Virus record (IMG/VR): IMGVR_UViG_3300046804_005087
Span: 2,813-66,812 of that record
Strand: one strand, 5' to 3'
Length of the DNA stretch: 64,000 bases
Source: a virus
Shown here: positions 46,994 through 55,729 of the stretch, in pieces
Numbering within the stretch: the stretch's first letter is position 1
Layout: each line of letters begins with the position of its first letter
Made by a program: the position numbers and the translations under genes
The notes under the pieces: model-generated
Told to the model about the DNA's origin: nothing
The model's input: the letters and a program-made list of their open reading frames with translations, nothing else
Databases searched by the model: none

Positions 46994-49815
46994 TAGAAAT
47001 AAACCTCGAAAAATTTAACAGATTCGTAATCGCGGTACAGGTAATCTTTATCATTAATCACAAAATCCGTTAATGATTCCCCTGTGCCGGTAGGATTGGT
47101 AACGGTGACTTTTCCCGTGGTAGTTCCAACGCCGATACTACCAGTGATAACGCTATCAGAAATAACGCTAAAACTTGTAAGCGAAACACCGTTAATTGCC
47201 GCTGTTGTAGCGCTGGTAAAACCCGACCCGTAGATTGTAATTGCATTGCCTACTTGTCCACTCCTCGGAGAAAAATCAATAACACTAGGGGCTGGGTCAT
47301 AAAGAGTAGGAGTAAGAGAAATACTGTAACCATAGCCGCGCCCGACCTCACTGGATAACTGATATACTTTTATCGTAATTGTGGACTGGGTAACACTAAA
47401 ATCTGTTATCTGTTCACTAGCTAAATACCTAACTGTTGACTCACTACTGGTTAACGTTCTGGCAACTGTTACGCCATCATAAATATCAACCTCAAACGAT
47501 TGAGGAATTAACGCATTTAAGCCCGTATTGTTAGCCGTCCAATTAATGGTAATGTTACCCGCGCTGTCTTTTGTTGCCATAACACCCGACGGGGCATAAG
47601 GCTTGTAATAAGTGCCCTGTATGGTGTGATTGGTAACTGTTAGGATATCCACTAAGCCAACGTTGTTAAGCACGGCTTTAAGGTCAATTTGTGCCCCGAT
47701 TAGCGTTTGATTAATAGGCAAACTAATTAGAGCGTTGGTAGTCCCCTTGGCAATGTAAACCGCCTCACCGTTACTATGGGCAGTGCGCGGTGTACCATTA
47801 ACGCCCCGTTGTAAATAGCTAATTTGATAGGTGTTCGGAGCGGTTAAAACAACATTTCTTGTTACTACCTGTTCACCACCAATCAGCAATATTATTTCCT
47901 GATTATCAAACTGTGATTGACTTAGGGCTTCTAATTTCCCCTCACTCATTATCACCGTGGCAGTGTTTACCGTATCTAATCCACTGGTTAATGGTAATGA
48001 CCCCGATAACGTCCCCTTAGCCGTGGGGAGTAGCGCTGTGGTGATTGCTTGGTAGGTTCCCCCGTTGAATCTTCCGTAAACCGTTGTAGCGCCAAAGTCA
48101 TCCCCATCCCTGGCGATCGCCGCATAGATACAAGGTAAATCTGTCGTCCTAATCCTGTTAGTTTCAACGACTGAAATTACCGGTTCCCCATAGTCAGGCT
48201 GTTCATTATTTGGATTATTTGTAACAATCGTATAGTCAGGATTAGAGCCGTAGTAAACTGTAATTGAATCGCCATTTTGAATATCACTACTCGGTAAAAT
48301 TGTTATCTGTCCCGTCGTGGTATTAACACTATAATCAACCCCTTCAATATACGTTATTGCCCCATTAGCGCTTACAATAGAAACGTCTGTGTTAATGTTT
48401 GGCGTTAGCTGAATTGCGCCCCCATTCCAGACAGTTGAGTTAACCCGACTAACGGTAGGTTGTGCGGTAAAGGCATTAGTATCAAAGCTATAAAGTTCAA
48501 TCTCCCCAATCAGATTAGCACCGTAAACAATGGAGGCAATGTTAAAACTAACCGCCCCCTGTCCTTCAATTAATGGTAAAGCGACCCGAAACGATTCTGT
48601 TAGGTTTATGGCATCTTCTGGCAATAGATTAACGGTAAATCGTCTAGCCCATAGCCACGCAAATTGTAGATATTTCCACGTCCACCATTTAGCATCGTCA
48701 GGGGTTAAAAATAGAATTGAATTGATAGATTTAGGATTGTAATGCGTTGCCAATGGATAATAGCGCGTCTCATTATCCCCATTAAAATCATCGTTTAAAT
48801 TGGTGTAATTCAGCGTCACCGATGACGGCAATTCTGAGATATCCGGCATAATCTCCTCATACGGATCGCCGGGTTCTGAGCCGTAATCAATCGCGGCTAA
48901 TTGATTAAAATTAAGGTTAGTCGTTGCGGTTGTATTCTCTGGTAATTGAAAGACAATTGCGCCGGTATTATCAAGGTAACTAAATAGAAAATGACGCTGT
49001 ACAATCTCATTGATAAACTCTGCGGCGGTCTGCCCATCTTGTCTAAAAATAGCATTGATTTTGAGATTAACCGCGCCGTTAGTGACTGAGTTTAAAAGTC
49101 CACTACATTTAACGTCAACATTCCGAACTAACCCCACACTTTCAGCAACTTCATAAATAACATTATCAATACGATTTTTATTATTATCTTCACGTCTAAC
49201 AATAACGTCAATAGTACTGGGCAGTTCACCATTAAATTCATCTAAGGGGAAGTCGTCAACGACACAATAGCAAATACCTTTCATATTGCGATCGCCGTTT
49301 TCATTCCCTTCAAAACTTTGTATTGTGGGGTCAATTACTTGGTCAAATCCGCCAATGTGAATTGTTAGGTAATTCTCTAACTTGTAATCATTATCTGCCA
49401 CCGTAGAAGGCAATTCTCCATCACGGTTATACCAAATCGTGTCGTTAAATTTAATCTGTCTAATGTCGTCAATTTGCCCTTCACAAACAGCAAAAGCAAA
49501 CGTCCCAAAATATTTATAGGTATTAGTCTGAGTGACAGTCCTTCGTCTCCCGCCCTTACCGCCGCCGCTGGCTTGGCTTTCCGTTGTGGTGACAACTTCT
49601 TGCCGCCTAGATGGTGCCCAAAATATCGGACAGCCTTTAATCTGTACTCTACCGTAAACTTTAGACAGTGACCATCCCGCGCCGGTTTTACGGGTAGAAA
49701 CGTCTTCAATCTTGCCAACATTATTCTCATTAAAAATCGTCTTTGTAGGAGTTAACGCCCCCGACAAAGCCGATAAACCAACACTTACAGCAGTCCCAAT
49801 CGCAGCAGTCGCCAT
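46993..49815 (-). CDS. Tail tip/host-specificity protein (GTA megatron/Phage-tail_3-like) with IPT/TIG domain
   Basis: VYGRV, SGGGKGG, AFAVCEG, LQRGVNGT, C-terminal FSPRSGQVG..TIYGSGF. Confidence 0.85.
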   Translation of the reverse strand: MATAAIGTAVSVGLSALSGALTPTKTIFNENNVGKIEDVSTRKTGAGWSLSKVYGRVQIKGCPIFWAPSRRQEVVTTTESQASGGGKGGRRRTVTQTNTYKYFGTFAFAVCEGQIDDIRQIKFNDTIWYNRDGELPSTVADNDYKLENYLTIHIGGFDQVIDPTIQSFEGNENGDRNMKGICYCVVDDFPLDEFNGELPSTIDVIVRREDNNKNRIDNVIYEVAESVGLVRNVDVKCSGLLNSVTNGAVNLKINAIFRQDGQTAAEFINEIVQRHFLFSYLDNTGAIVFQLPENTTATTNLNFNQLAAIDYGSEPGDPYEEIMPDISELPSSVTLNYTNLNDDFNGDNETRYYPLATHYNPKSINSILFLTPDDAKWWTWKYLQFAWLWARRFTVNLLPEDAINLTESFRVALPLIEGQGAVSFNIASIVYGANLIGEIELYSFDTNAFTAQPTVSRVNSTVWNGGAIQLTPNINTDVSIVSANGAITYIEGVDYSVNTTTGQITILPSSDIQNGDSITVYYGSNPDYTIVTNNPNNEQPDYGEPVISVVETNRIRTTDLPCIYAAIARDGDDFGATTVYGRFNGGTYQAITTALLPTAKGTLSGSLPLTSGLDTVNTATVIMSEGKLEALSQSQFDNQEIILLIGGEQVVTRNVVLTAPNTYQISYLQRGVNGTPRTAHSNGEAVYIAKGTTNALISLPINQTLIGAQIDLKAVLNNVGLVDILTVTNHTIQGTYYKPYAPSGVMATKDSAGNITINWTANNTGLNALIPQSFEVDIYDGVTVARTLTSSESTVRYLASEQITDFSVTQSTITIKVYQLSSEVGRGYGYSISLTPTLYDPAPSVIDFSPRSGQVGNAITIYGSGFTSATTAAINGVSLTSFSVISDSVITGSIGVGTTTGKVTVTNPTGTGESLTDFVINDKDYLYRDYESVKFFEVYF

Positions 49816-49873
49816 AATAAATTTAACCCTCTTAGGTCTATCTTAAAGAGGGTTAAAATGCCAAAATTATTGA

Positions 49874-50257
49874 TTAATTGGTGTAAACAGTTTTCACGGT
49901 CAATGGGTCTAACTCTACGTTAATCCATTGCTGTTGATATTTTTTGATGTCATCATCATTTAATCCAAATTCAATAGCATCAGTGTATGGCGGAGAACCT
50001 GTTACGCTACGCAAATAAGCAACTTCAAACATTGCCCATTCAGACGATAAAGCCTCAACATAACAAGCATCTTTCTTGAAGTTATCAGGCAAGCTTAGTT
50101 CGATGACGACTAGCTCAATCGGTTCTAAATTGCCAGCTAATTCAACTGCTTTCTCTACTAAGGGATGATAGCAATTGCTAATGCCAGTCATTGCTTTTAC
50201 TGCCTTTGCATAGTCCTTTGCCGATTGTTTTTGAAGTATTGATTTATGGTCTAGCAT
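49874..50257 (-). CDS. Hypothetical protein
   Basis: 127-aa ORF. Confidence 0.55.
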   Translation of the reverse strand: MLDHKSILQKQSAKDYAKAVKAMTGISNCYHPLVEKAVELAGNLEPIELVVIELSLPDNFKKDACYVEALSSEWAMFEVAYLRSVTGSPPYTDAIEFGLNDDDIKKYQQQWINVELDPLTVKTVYTN

Positions 50258-50310
50258 GATAATCCCCGCCCAATATAGAGCGGGTGATAGGTTGGCAGAT
50301 GTTTGATTAA

Positions 50311-51039
50311 TTAGCGCGTGAAATAGCGATGGATAGCAGTATCTAGATGTTCGGTAATTTCATAGTGATTGACAGAATACCGCCCTACTTGCTCACTGAA
50401 TGCCGGTTCAATTTGAGATTTTACAAACTTTCCTAACTGTTTACCGTCGCCAATTTGCGTGTCAGAATAACCCAACGCTTTAGCCCGTACTTTGACGATA
50501 GTATATTGCTTGGGCTTTTCTGCTACTGGCAAGTATTTTAGATTTTGCTCCAAGCTAATCTGATCGACTAACGCATCCTTGAGTAAATGCTTCAAGATGC
50601 CCTCACTGAGCGATTCAAGCTTGCTTGCCGCTTCGATGTAGTCAACAGCGTCACGGGTTGGCAAAATCCGTTCTACTGGCTGTTGTGCTTCGATGATTGC
50701 ACTAGACGTAATCTCAAACCCTGCTAGCTTATGCATAAACACTCGGACTCCCAGCTTTAATAGTTGAGTTGCCATAGTGGGATTATCCTTAGGTAGCCAT
50801 TCAGCAATCAAGTCTTCATCAATCAAGTTGACAGTCCGCAACCCTTGCGGTGTCTGGACTTCAGCCGTTTTAGTCTCGCCTTGGTTGACAGTTTGACTGT
50901 ACCGTTTTGATATTGCCTGCTTAGTGAGTCCGCTCATCCGAGCATAGCCTGCTTGGGTTGCAAAACTTTCACCTGTCTGGGTATTGATAACTAATTCAAT
51001 CCCATCTTTGTCAAAACGTTCGTAACTTACAATATTCAC
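50311..51039 (-). CDS. Antirepressor-like DNA-binding protein (paralog 2)
   Basis: N-domain near-identical to 20847-21548; different C-terminus. Confidence 0.7.
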   Translation of the reverse strand: MNIVSYERFDKDGIELVINTQTGESFATQAGYARMSGLTKQAISKRYSQTVNQGETKTAEVQTPQGLRTVNLIDEDLIAEWLPKDNPTMATQLLKLGVRVFMHKLAGFEITSSAIIEAQQPVERILPTRDAVDYIEAASKLESLSEGILKHLLKDALVDQISLEQNLKYLPVAEKPKQYTIVKVRAKALGYSDTQIGDGKQLGKFVKSQIEPAFSEQVGRYSVNHYEITEHLDTAIHRYFTR

Positions 51040-51194
51040 AAGGTTTTCTCCTAACGATTCTAGGGGTTAACTAAAGCCCTCCAGTCTCACCTGGGGGCAT
51101 ACAGTCTATTATAGCCGCCAAACAAAAAGCCCCTAGTCAAATGGATGACCGGGAGCTTTTTGTTGAGTAGGAATATTTACGCTTGTTAGTAAAA

Positions 51195-51318
51195 ACACAA
51201 TCAACCGTCTTACTGTCAACGCCCCTAAAATACCAAATTCCCTAAAATCCTGAAACCTAGACAGGATAAGGATTCCAGGGTGTTTCACCCTCTTAAGGAA
51301 TTTATAGGGGGTGAAACA
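51195..51318 (-). repeat. Dispersed module copy D (-35 51214-51219, -10 degenerate; palindrome 51282-51317)
   Basis: Palindrome identical to copy C; 62-bp spacing. Confidence 0.9.
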
Positions 51319-51360
51319 GTGGGGAATTAGGATAGTGGCAACTGATAACATGAGGTTCTG

Positions 51361-51933
51361 ATGACGGTTTTAGTTGATCACGAAATAGCGTCTCTGGCCA
51401 GAGGGGAGATACCGATTCACATTTTGGTGGACTACTCACACAGAGGCCATAACCTAAGCCCGCGTATTTTGCCCCTGGTAAAGCCGTTTGACCCCGACCT
51501 AGTCAATCCCCATAGTCTCGACCTACGGATAGGGGAGACGGCTAAATTGCGGGTGATGGGGGGGTATAAGGAAATCGACCTATCTGGCTACTGTGCGGAT
51601 AGACCCTACATGATGATTCCAGGCGATCGCCTATTGGTGGCAAGCCTGGAAACATTCAACATCCCAATATTTCTCGAAGCGACCTTTTATCTGAAAAGCT
51701 CACGGGGGCGGGAATGGTATGGGCACCAATTAGCAGGCTACATTGACGCGGGGTGGCACGGGTCAAAACTGACCATGGAGATTACCAATGATGACATTGA
51801 GCCGTTGCCCCTATACTTTGGGATGAAATTTGGGCAGTTAGCTTTCCGATTGCTGAATAGTATTTCCAGCAAATCTTACGCTAAAGTAGGTCGTTACAAT
51901 AACGATGTATGTGTTATGGAGAGTAAGGGTTGA
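51361..51933 (+). CDS. dcd: dCTP deaminase
   Basis: NPHSLDLR, KSSRGRE, AGYIDAGWHG..TMEI, GQL, GRY. Confidence 0.9.
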   Translation: MTVLVDHEIASLARGEIPIHILVDYSHRGHNLSPRILPLVKPFDPDLVNPHSLDLRIGETAKLRVMGGYKEIDLSGYCADRPYMMIPGDRLLVASLETFNIPIFLEATFYLKSSRGREWYGHQLAGYIDAGWHGSKLTMEITNDDIEPLPLYFGMKFGQLAFRLLNSISSKSYAKVGRYNNDVCVMESKG

Positions 51934-52066
51934 TGGCTAGTTTTATTTACTGTTTTTATATGTGGCTCACTCATTTATTGGCAACAGACTCTAACTCTTT
52001 TTGGTGGATATTAAACGGGCATCTGTTTCAAATAAATCAACGAATAGAAACTTTTGAGAAAGACTA

Positions 52067-52408
52067 ATGACTGGTATCTACAAAACCCGTGCTAATTATC
52101 AAAATAAAACTGTTGACTATCAATCTTTGATTAGCGCTGAATGCGACAAGGTTAAGGATATGTTGCTAGAAAAAAACCGTAAATACGGCAATAGTGCTTT
52201 AGACCCTAAACGGATATTTTCTAGCGCCGATCCTATTGAACAAATTAACGTCAGAATTGACGACAAACTAAGCCGCATCGCTTCTAATCAATCTGACGAC
52301 ACAGAAGACGCTGAGCTTGATTTGATTGGTTATCTAATTCTTAAACGGGTCGCTAAACAACGAAATAACGAATTGCAGAACTTGTTTGGAGCAAACCATG
52401 ATACCTAA
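52067..52408 (+). CDS. DUF1599 (nucleotide-modification-associated) protein
   Basis: LEKNRKYGNS...VRIDDKLSR...DLIGY. Confidence 0.75.
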   Translation: MTGIYKTRANYQNKTVDYQSLISAECDKVKDMLLEKNRKYGNSALDPKRIFSSADPIEQINVRIDDKLSRIASNQSDDTEDAELDLIGYLILKRVAKQRNNELQNLFGANHDT

Positions 52409-52601
52409 AGAATGCCAAGAATTAACATTAGAGCAAAGCTTAGAAATGCGTATGATTGCAGACAATGTAGCTAAAATGCCCGCTGATGAGCTACGCACTC
52501 ATATTTTATGGTTGTCTAAAATGCTGATGATTAAAGGCAACATCTTAAAATATTTTATGAGCAAGGAATTAAAAGTTAATCTCAAAAGTGCTAAAAAATA
52601 A
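52398..52601 (+). CDS. nblA: Phycobilisome degradation protein NblA
   Basis: ELTLEQ..MR.....V..M...E.......M.IK.N helix-loop-helix pattern; GGAG SD. Confidence 0.75.
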   Translation: MIPKECQELTLEQSLEMRMIADNVAKMPADELRTHILWLSKMLMIKGNILKYFMSKELKVNLKSAKK

Positions 52602-53260
52602 TGGCTTATAGTCTATCGGATTTAGTTTACTCAGAACGTCAGCGGCGATACCTGTTTCCGTCCGGTAGGCTAGTGCCAGAATCGCAAGTTAATAAATACA
52701 TCAAGTCGTTTCAGGCAGTCTATCTTAAGCGGGTTGTTGACGACACTAACGCTCTGGTTAACGGTAATTTAACCGCTAGGGAGTGGGAAGAAAAAACTGC
52801 GTTAAATATTAAAGATGTCCACGTTGCTTTAATGCGGTTTGGTCGGGGTGGAAAAGACAAAGCCTACGCGATGCAATACCTAGACGTTGCTAACGAATTA
52901 AGAACGAATCAGTACCCTGCATTCAGATTGTTAGTGCAAGATTTAAGGGATGGTAAATTGTCCCGTAAAATGCTCGATTATCGCCTCTCACGGTTTATTC
53001 AAAGTAGTCGGGTATCGTATGAAATGGGGCGGCGTTCCTATGCAATTTATGATGATAAAAATACCCATGCTTTGCGTAAATTAGACGCCCAAGCCAAACA
53101 CTGTGAAGACTGCGTTAGATACGCTGCAATGGGCATTAGACCGATTGGACAATTACCAGTACCGGGGCAAGCGTGTAAGTGTGCCCAGGCTTGTAAATGC
53201 TCGATTTACTATGGTAGTGAGATGAGTTTAATTGAGTTGAAAAATGGATGGCTAGCCTAA
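52601..53260 (+). CDS. Minor head/MuF-like morphogenesis protein
   Basis: AKHCEDC...LPVPGQACKC...CKC C-terminus. Confidence 0.7.
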   Translation: MAYSLSDLVYSERQRRYLFPSGRLVPESQVNKYIKSFQAVYLKRVVDDTNALVNGNLTAREWEEKTALNIKDVHVALMRFGRGGKDKAYAMQYLDVANELRTNQYPAFRLLVQDLRDGKLSRKMLDYRLSRFIQSSRVSYEMGRRSYAIYDDKNTHALRKLDAQAKHCEDCVRYAAMGIRPIGQLPVPGQACKCAQACKCSIYYGSEMSLIELKNGWLA

Positions 53261-53745
53261 TTGCTACAACAATCGACAAAGTTCAAACGATGACAGCAAT
53301 TCCTGTCAATCATGATTCTGACGTTCAACCTTCGGAGTTGTCATGGGAGGCGTTAGGCGCTATAGTTGGCTTGTTAGTTCCTGTCTTGACTGTATGCGTT
53401 TTATTTGGTAGTATTCAGGCTAATTTAAGCTTTGTTAAAGAGTCAATAGTAGAATTTAAAAATAGAGAAAAAGAAAAAGAAGAAAAGCATAGCAAGACCG
53501 TCAATGACTTAAAAAATGAAATTCATTCTACAGAAAAATCCTTATTAGAAAAACTCGAAGAATACCAAGAAGAGACAGAAATTAATCAAAAAGAAAAACG
53601 TGAAGAGTTTAAAGAATATTTATTAATGCATTTAAAAGAATTAATATTACCTCTGCATCGGGAAATTGATCAATTAAAAATCCTTCACCAGCGCCGGGAC
53701 GAGACTTTAAACGACCTCAAGCGAAAAGTGAAGGACTTAGAGTAA
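53248..53745 (+). CDS. Membrane-anchored coiled-coil protein
   Basis: One transmembrane helix followed by an E/K-rich coiled coil. Confidence 0.6.
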   Translation: MASLIATTIDKVQTMTAIPVNHDSDVQPSELSWEALGAIVGLLVPVLTVCVLFGSIQANLSFVKESIVEFKNREKEKEEKHSKTVNDLKNEIHSTEKSLLEKLEEYQEETEINQKEKREEFKEYLLMHLKELILPLHREIDQLKILHQRRDETLNDLKRKVKDLE

Positions 53746-53754
53746 GATTAAAAT

Positions 53755-53814
53755 ATAGAGTATTGACCTCTATGTTTGCTTAGCTGCCGCCTTCGCTACG
53801 TTGGGCGGCTTTTT
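53755..53814 (+). ncRNA. Candidate trans-acting antisense sRNA 1
   Basis: TAAGAT -10 (53743-53748), 5' hairpin ATAGAG/CTCTAT, seed GTTTGCTTAGCT, GCCGCC/GGCGGC-T5 terminator. Confidence 0.6.
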
Positions 53815-54126
53815 CTCGCTTGATAATCCCAATGACTTCATTGATTAGCTCAGAAGTAGGGTTTAAATCCATGTGGCGTATCGCCCGTTTAGCTGTTTCG
53901 GTTAAGCGCTGTTCTGCATAGAAGTCCCGGTGTTTTAGCGCGTCTTCAACGGTGTCCAAATGCCAGTTGCCCCAGCCATCGCCTTGCTGGTAGCCAGAAT
54001 CACGGTAGAATTTTTTACCATTAGCAACTAACGTAACTTTGTTAACTTTTCGACTGTAGCGATTGTAAAATCTTGACCAATAATCAACGCTACAGTATCG
54101 CCTTTTTGTAAATGTTCAAAGCTCAT
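53780..54126 (-). pseudogene. Frameshifted homolog of 55382-55729
   Basis: MSFEHLQKGDTV...TVE then one base short at 54047-54050, continuing KVNKVTLVANGKKFYRDSG... Confidence 0.55.
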
Positions 54127-54143
54127 TGTAATTACCTCTATCG

Positions 54144-54392
54144 TTAAAATTCTAACTTGCTTAATTTGTGAATTTGCTTTTTTAGTGAAGCAACTTTTAG
54201 ATCACGAATTTTGTTGGCTTGCTTCAATGCATCTTCTTTGTTAAAAAATGCCTGATTTCCAAAAAACAGCATCCATCCTTTAGGAAAACTGTCATCGTAA
54301 CAGATAATGGCTTTGTCGCTATAAACCTTCCCAGGATATTCAAGGATTCCACGGGTTAATGCGTATTTTGTGACATAAACTTTTTGCATCAT
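54144..54392 (-). CDS. Hypothetical phage protein
   Basis: VYVTKYALTRGI... conserved-looking small phage protein. Confidence 0.65.
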   Translation of the reverse strand: MMQKVYVTKYALTRGILEYPGKVYSDKAIICYDDSFPKGWMLFFGNQAFFNKEDALKQANKIRDLKVASLKKQIHKLSKLEF

Positions 54393-54410
54393 GTTTGCCT
54401 TTAGTTTTGA

Positions 54411-55382
54411 TTAATTTAAAACCGCTTCGATGATTTTTTGCATCATGAGCGGGGGAACGGCATTACCGATCATTTTGGTGTCTAATTTTAGATCGCCACT
54501 AAATTGATACCAATCAGGAATAGTTTGCCAACGGGCTAAGCATTGAGTATTAGCTTCGTAGGGTTGACCATCAATAACAATTGTGGCTTGTTTAGGAGAT
54601 ACCCTTACTTTGCCTGACATCGCCTTGATCGTGAACATCGGCTGATGTGCAAAACGGATTGTGTTGTTTGGGATGCCGTCTTTTTTCCTGGATCCGCTTC
54701 GTTGAATGACAAAATCCCCCATCCATTTCAGAAGCGTTGTGTGAACGGCGCCAGCGCCCTTGTGGTAATTGATGATCGACTCTTTTTGCCAATTGGTTAA
54801 TGTTGTTAGTTTGAGAGTGGGGATTAGATCGGCGATCGCCTCATACCAGTTAATAGGCTTTTGGTTTTTCCATTCAATATTATACAGTCCTTGTATTTTT
54901 CCCCAATGCTTTGAGGCGACTAAAAATAATCGTTTACGTGATTGTGGTACGCCATAATCAGAGCAGTCAAGCAAGGACTGTCCAACATAATAATCATTGT
55001 TTTTTAAGCAACGTTTAATGTTGGCAAGCGATTTGAAACTGGCATATCCTGCCACATTTTCCAGGCTAAAATAATCAGGTTTTAGCGTTTCAATCGCCCG
55101 ACAAATAGCATTAGCCAATTCAATGTCTTCTGAGGTTTCTTTACCATTCTTAGCCCGTGATGCGTTGATACATGGCGGGGAAGCATGGAGCCAGTCGGGG
55201 CTATTAAGAGTTTGCCAATACAATGACTTAACATCAATCGTGTAAGTGTGATGTTCAAAATTATTGCAGGCAATCTCAGCAATATTATCGTCAATCTCAA
55301 CGCCCCAGATGGGTGTTAACCCTGCTTGCATAGCGCCTATATCCGCGCCGCCCATGCCTGTAAAAAGACTAGCAAATTTCAT
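54411..55382 (-). CDS. DNA (cytosine-5) methyltransferase
   Basis: SLFTGMGG, SPPC, ENV, QSRKR, GNAV. Confidence 0.93.
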   Translation of the reverse strand: MKFASLFTGMGGADIGAMQAGLTPIWGVEIDDNIAEIACNNFEHHTYTIDVKSLYWQTLNSPDWLHASPPCINASRAKNGKETSEDIELANAICRAIETLKPDYFSLENVAGYASFKSLANIKRCLKNNDYYVGQSLLDCSDYGVPQSRKRLFLVASKHWGKIQGLYNIEWKNQKPINWYEAIADLIPTLKLTTLTNWQKESIINYHKGAGAVHTTLLKWMGDFVIQRSGSRKKDGIPNNTIRFAHQPMFTIKAMSGKVRVSPKQATIVIDGQPYEANTQCLARWQTIPDWYQFSGDLKLDTKMIGNAVPPLMMQKIIEAVLN

Positions 55383-55729
55383 TAGTTAGATTCCTCAAAT
55401 TGACTGATTAATTGTTTAATTTGTTTCAACTGTTCAAGGCTTAATTGACGAGAGCGAGAATGATAAAGGCTAAAATAGTCATCAAATTCATGAATTAGGT
55501 TAGTCCTTTGAAACTCATCCAAGTATTCTTGCTGAGTTTTGTAAATCTTGATTAATGGGGTATAGTCCCCAGCATCTTCAAGCATTGTTTCTTTATAGAA
55601 TCGAGCGCGAAAGACATCTAAGTAAAAATACTTTCTGCCTATCCGTGTTACTGTGGCGAATCCTGTTTCTTTTTTATTCCATTTTTTTACCCAAAAAACA
55701 GTGTCGCCAACTTTCAAATCAAACATCAC
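55382..55729 (-). CDS. Hypothetical beta-barrel phage protein
   Basis: LKVGDTV...VTRIGRKY. Confidence 0.65.
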   Translation of the reverse strand: MMFDLKVGDTVFWVKKWNKKETGFATVTRIGRKYFYLDVFRARFYKETMLEDAGDYTPLIKIYKTQQEYLDEFQRTNLIHEFDDYFSLYHSRSRQLSLEQLKQIKQLISQFEESN

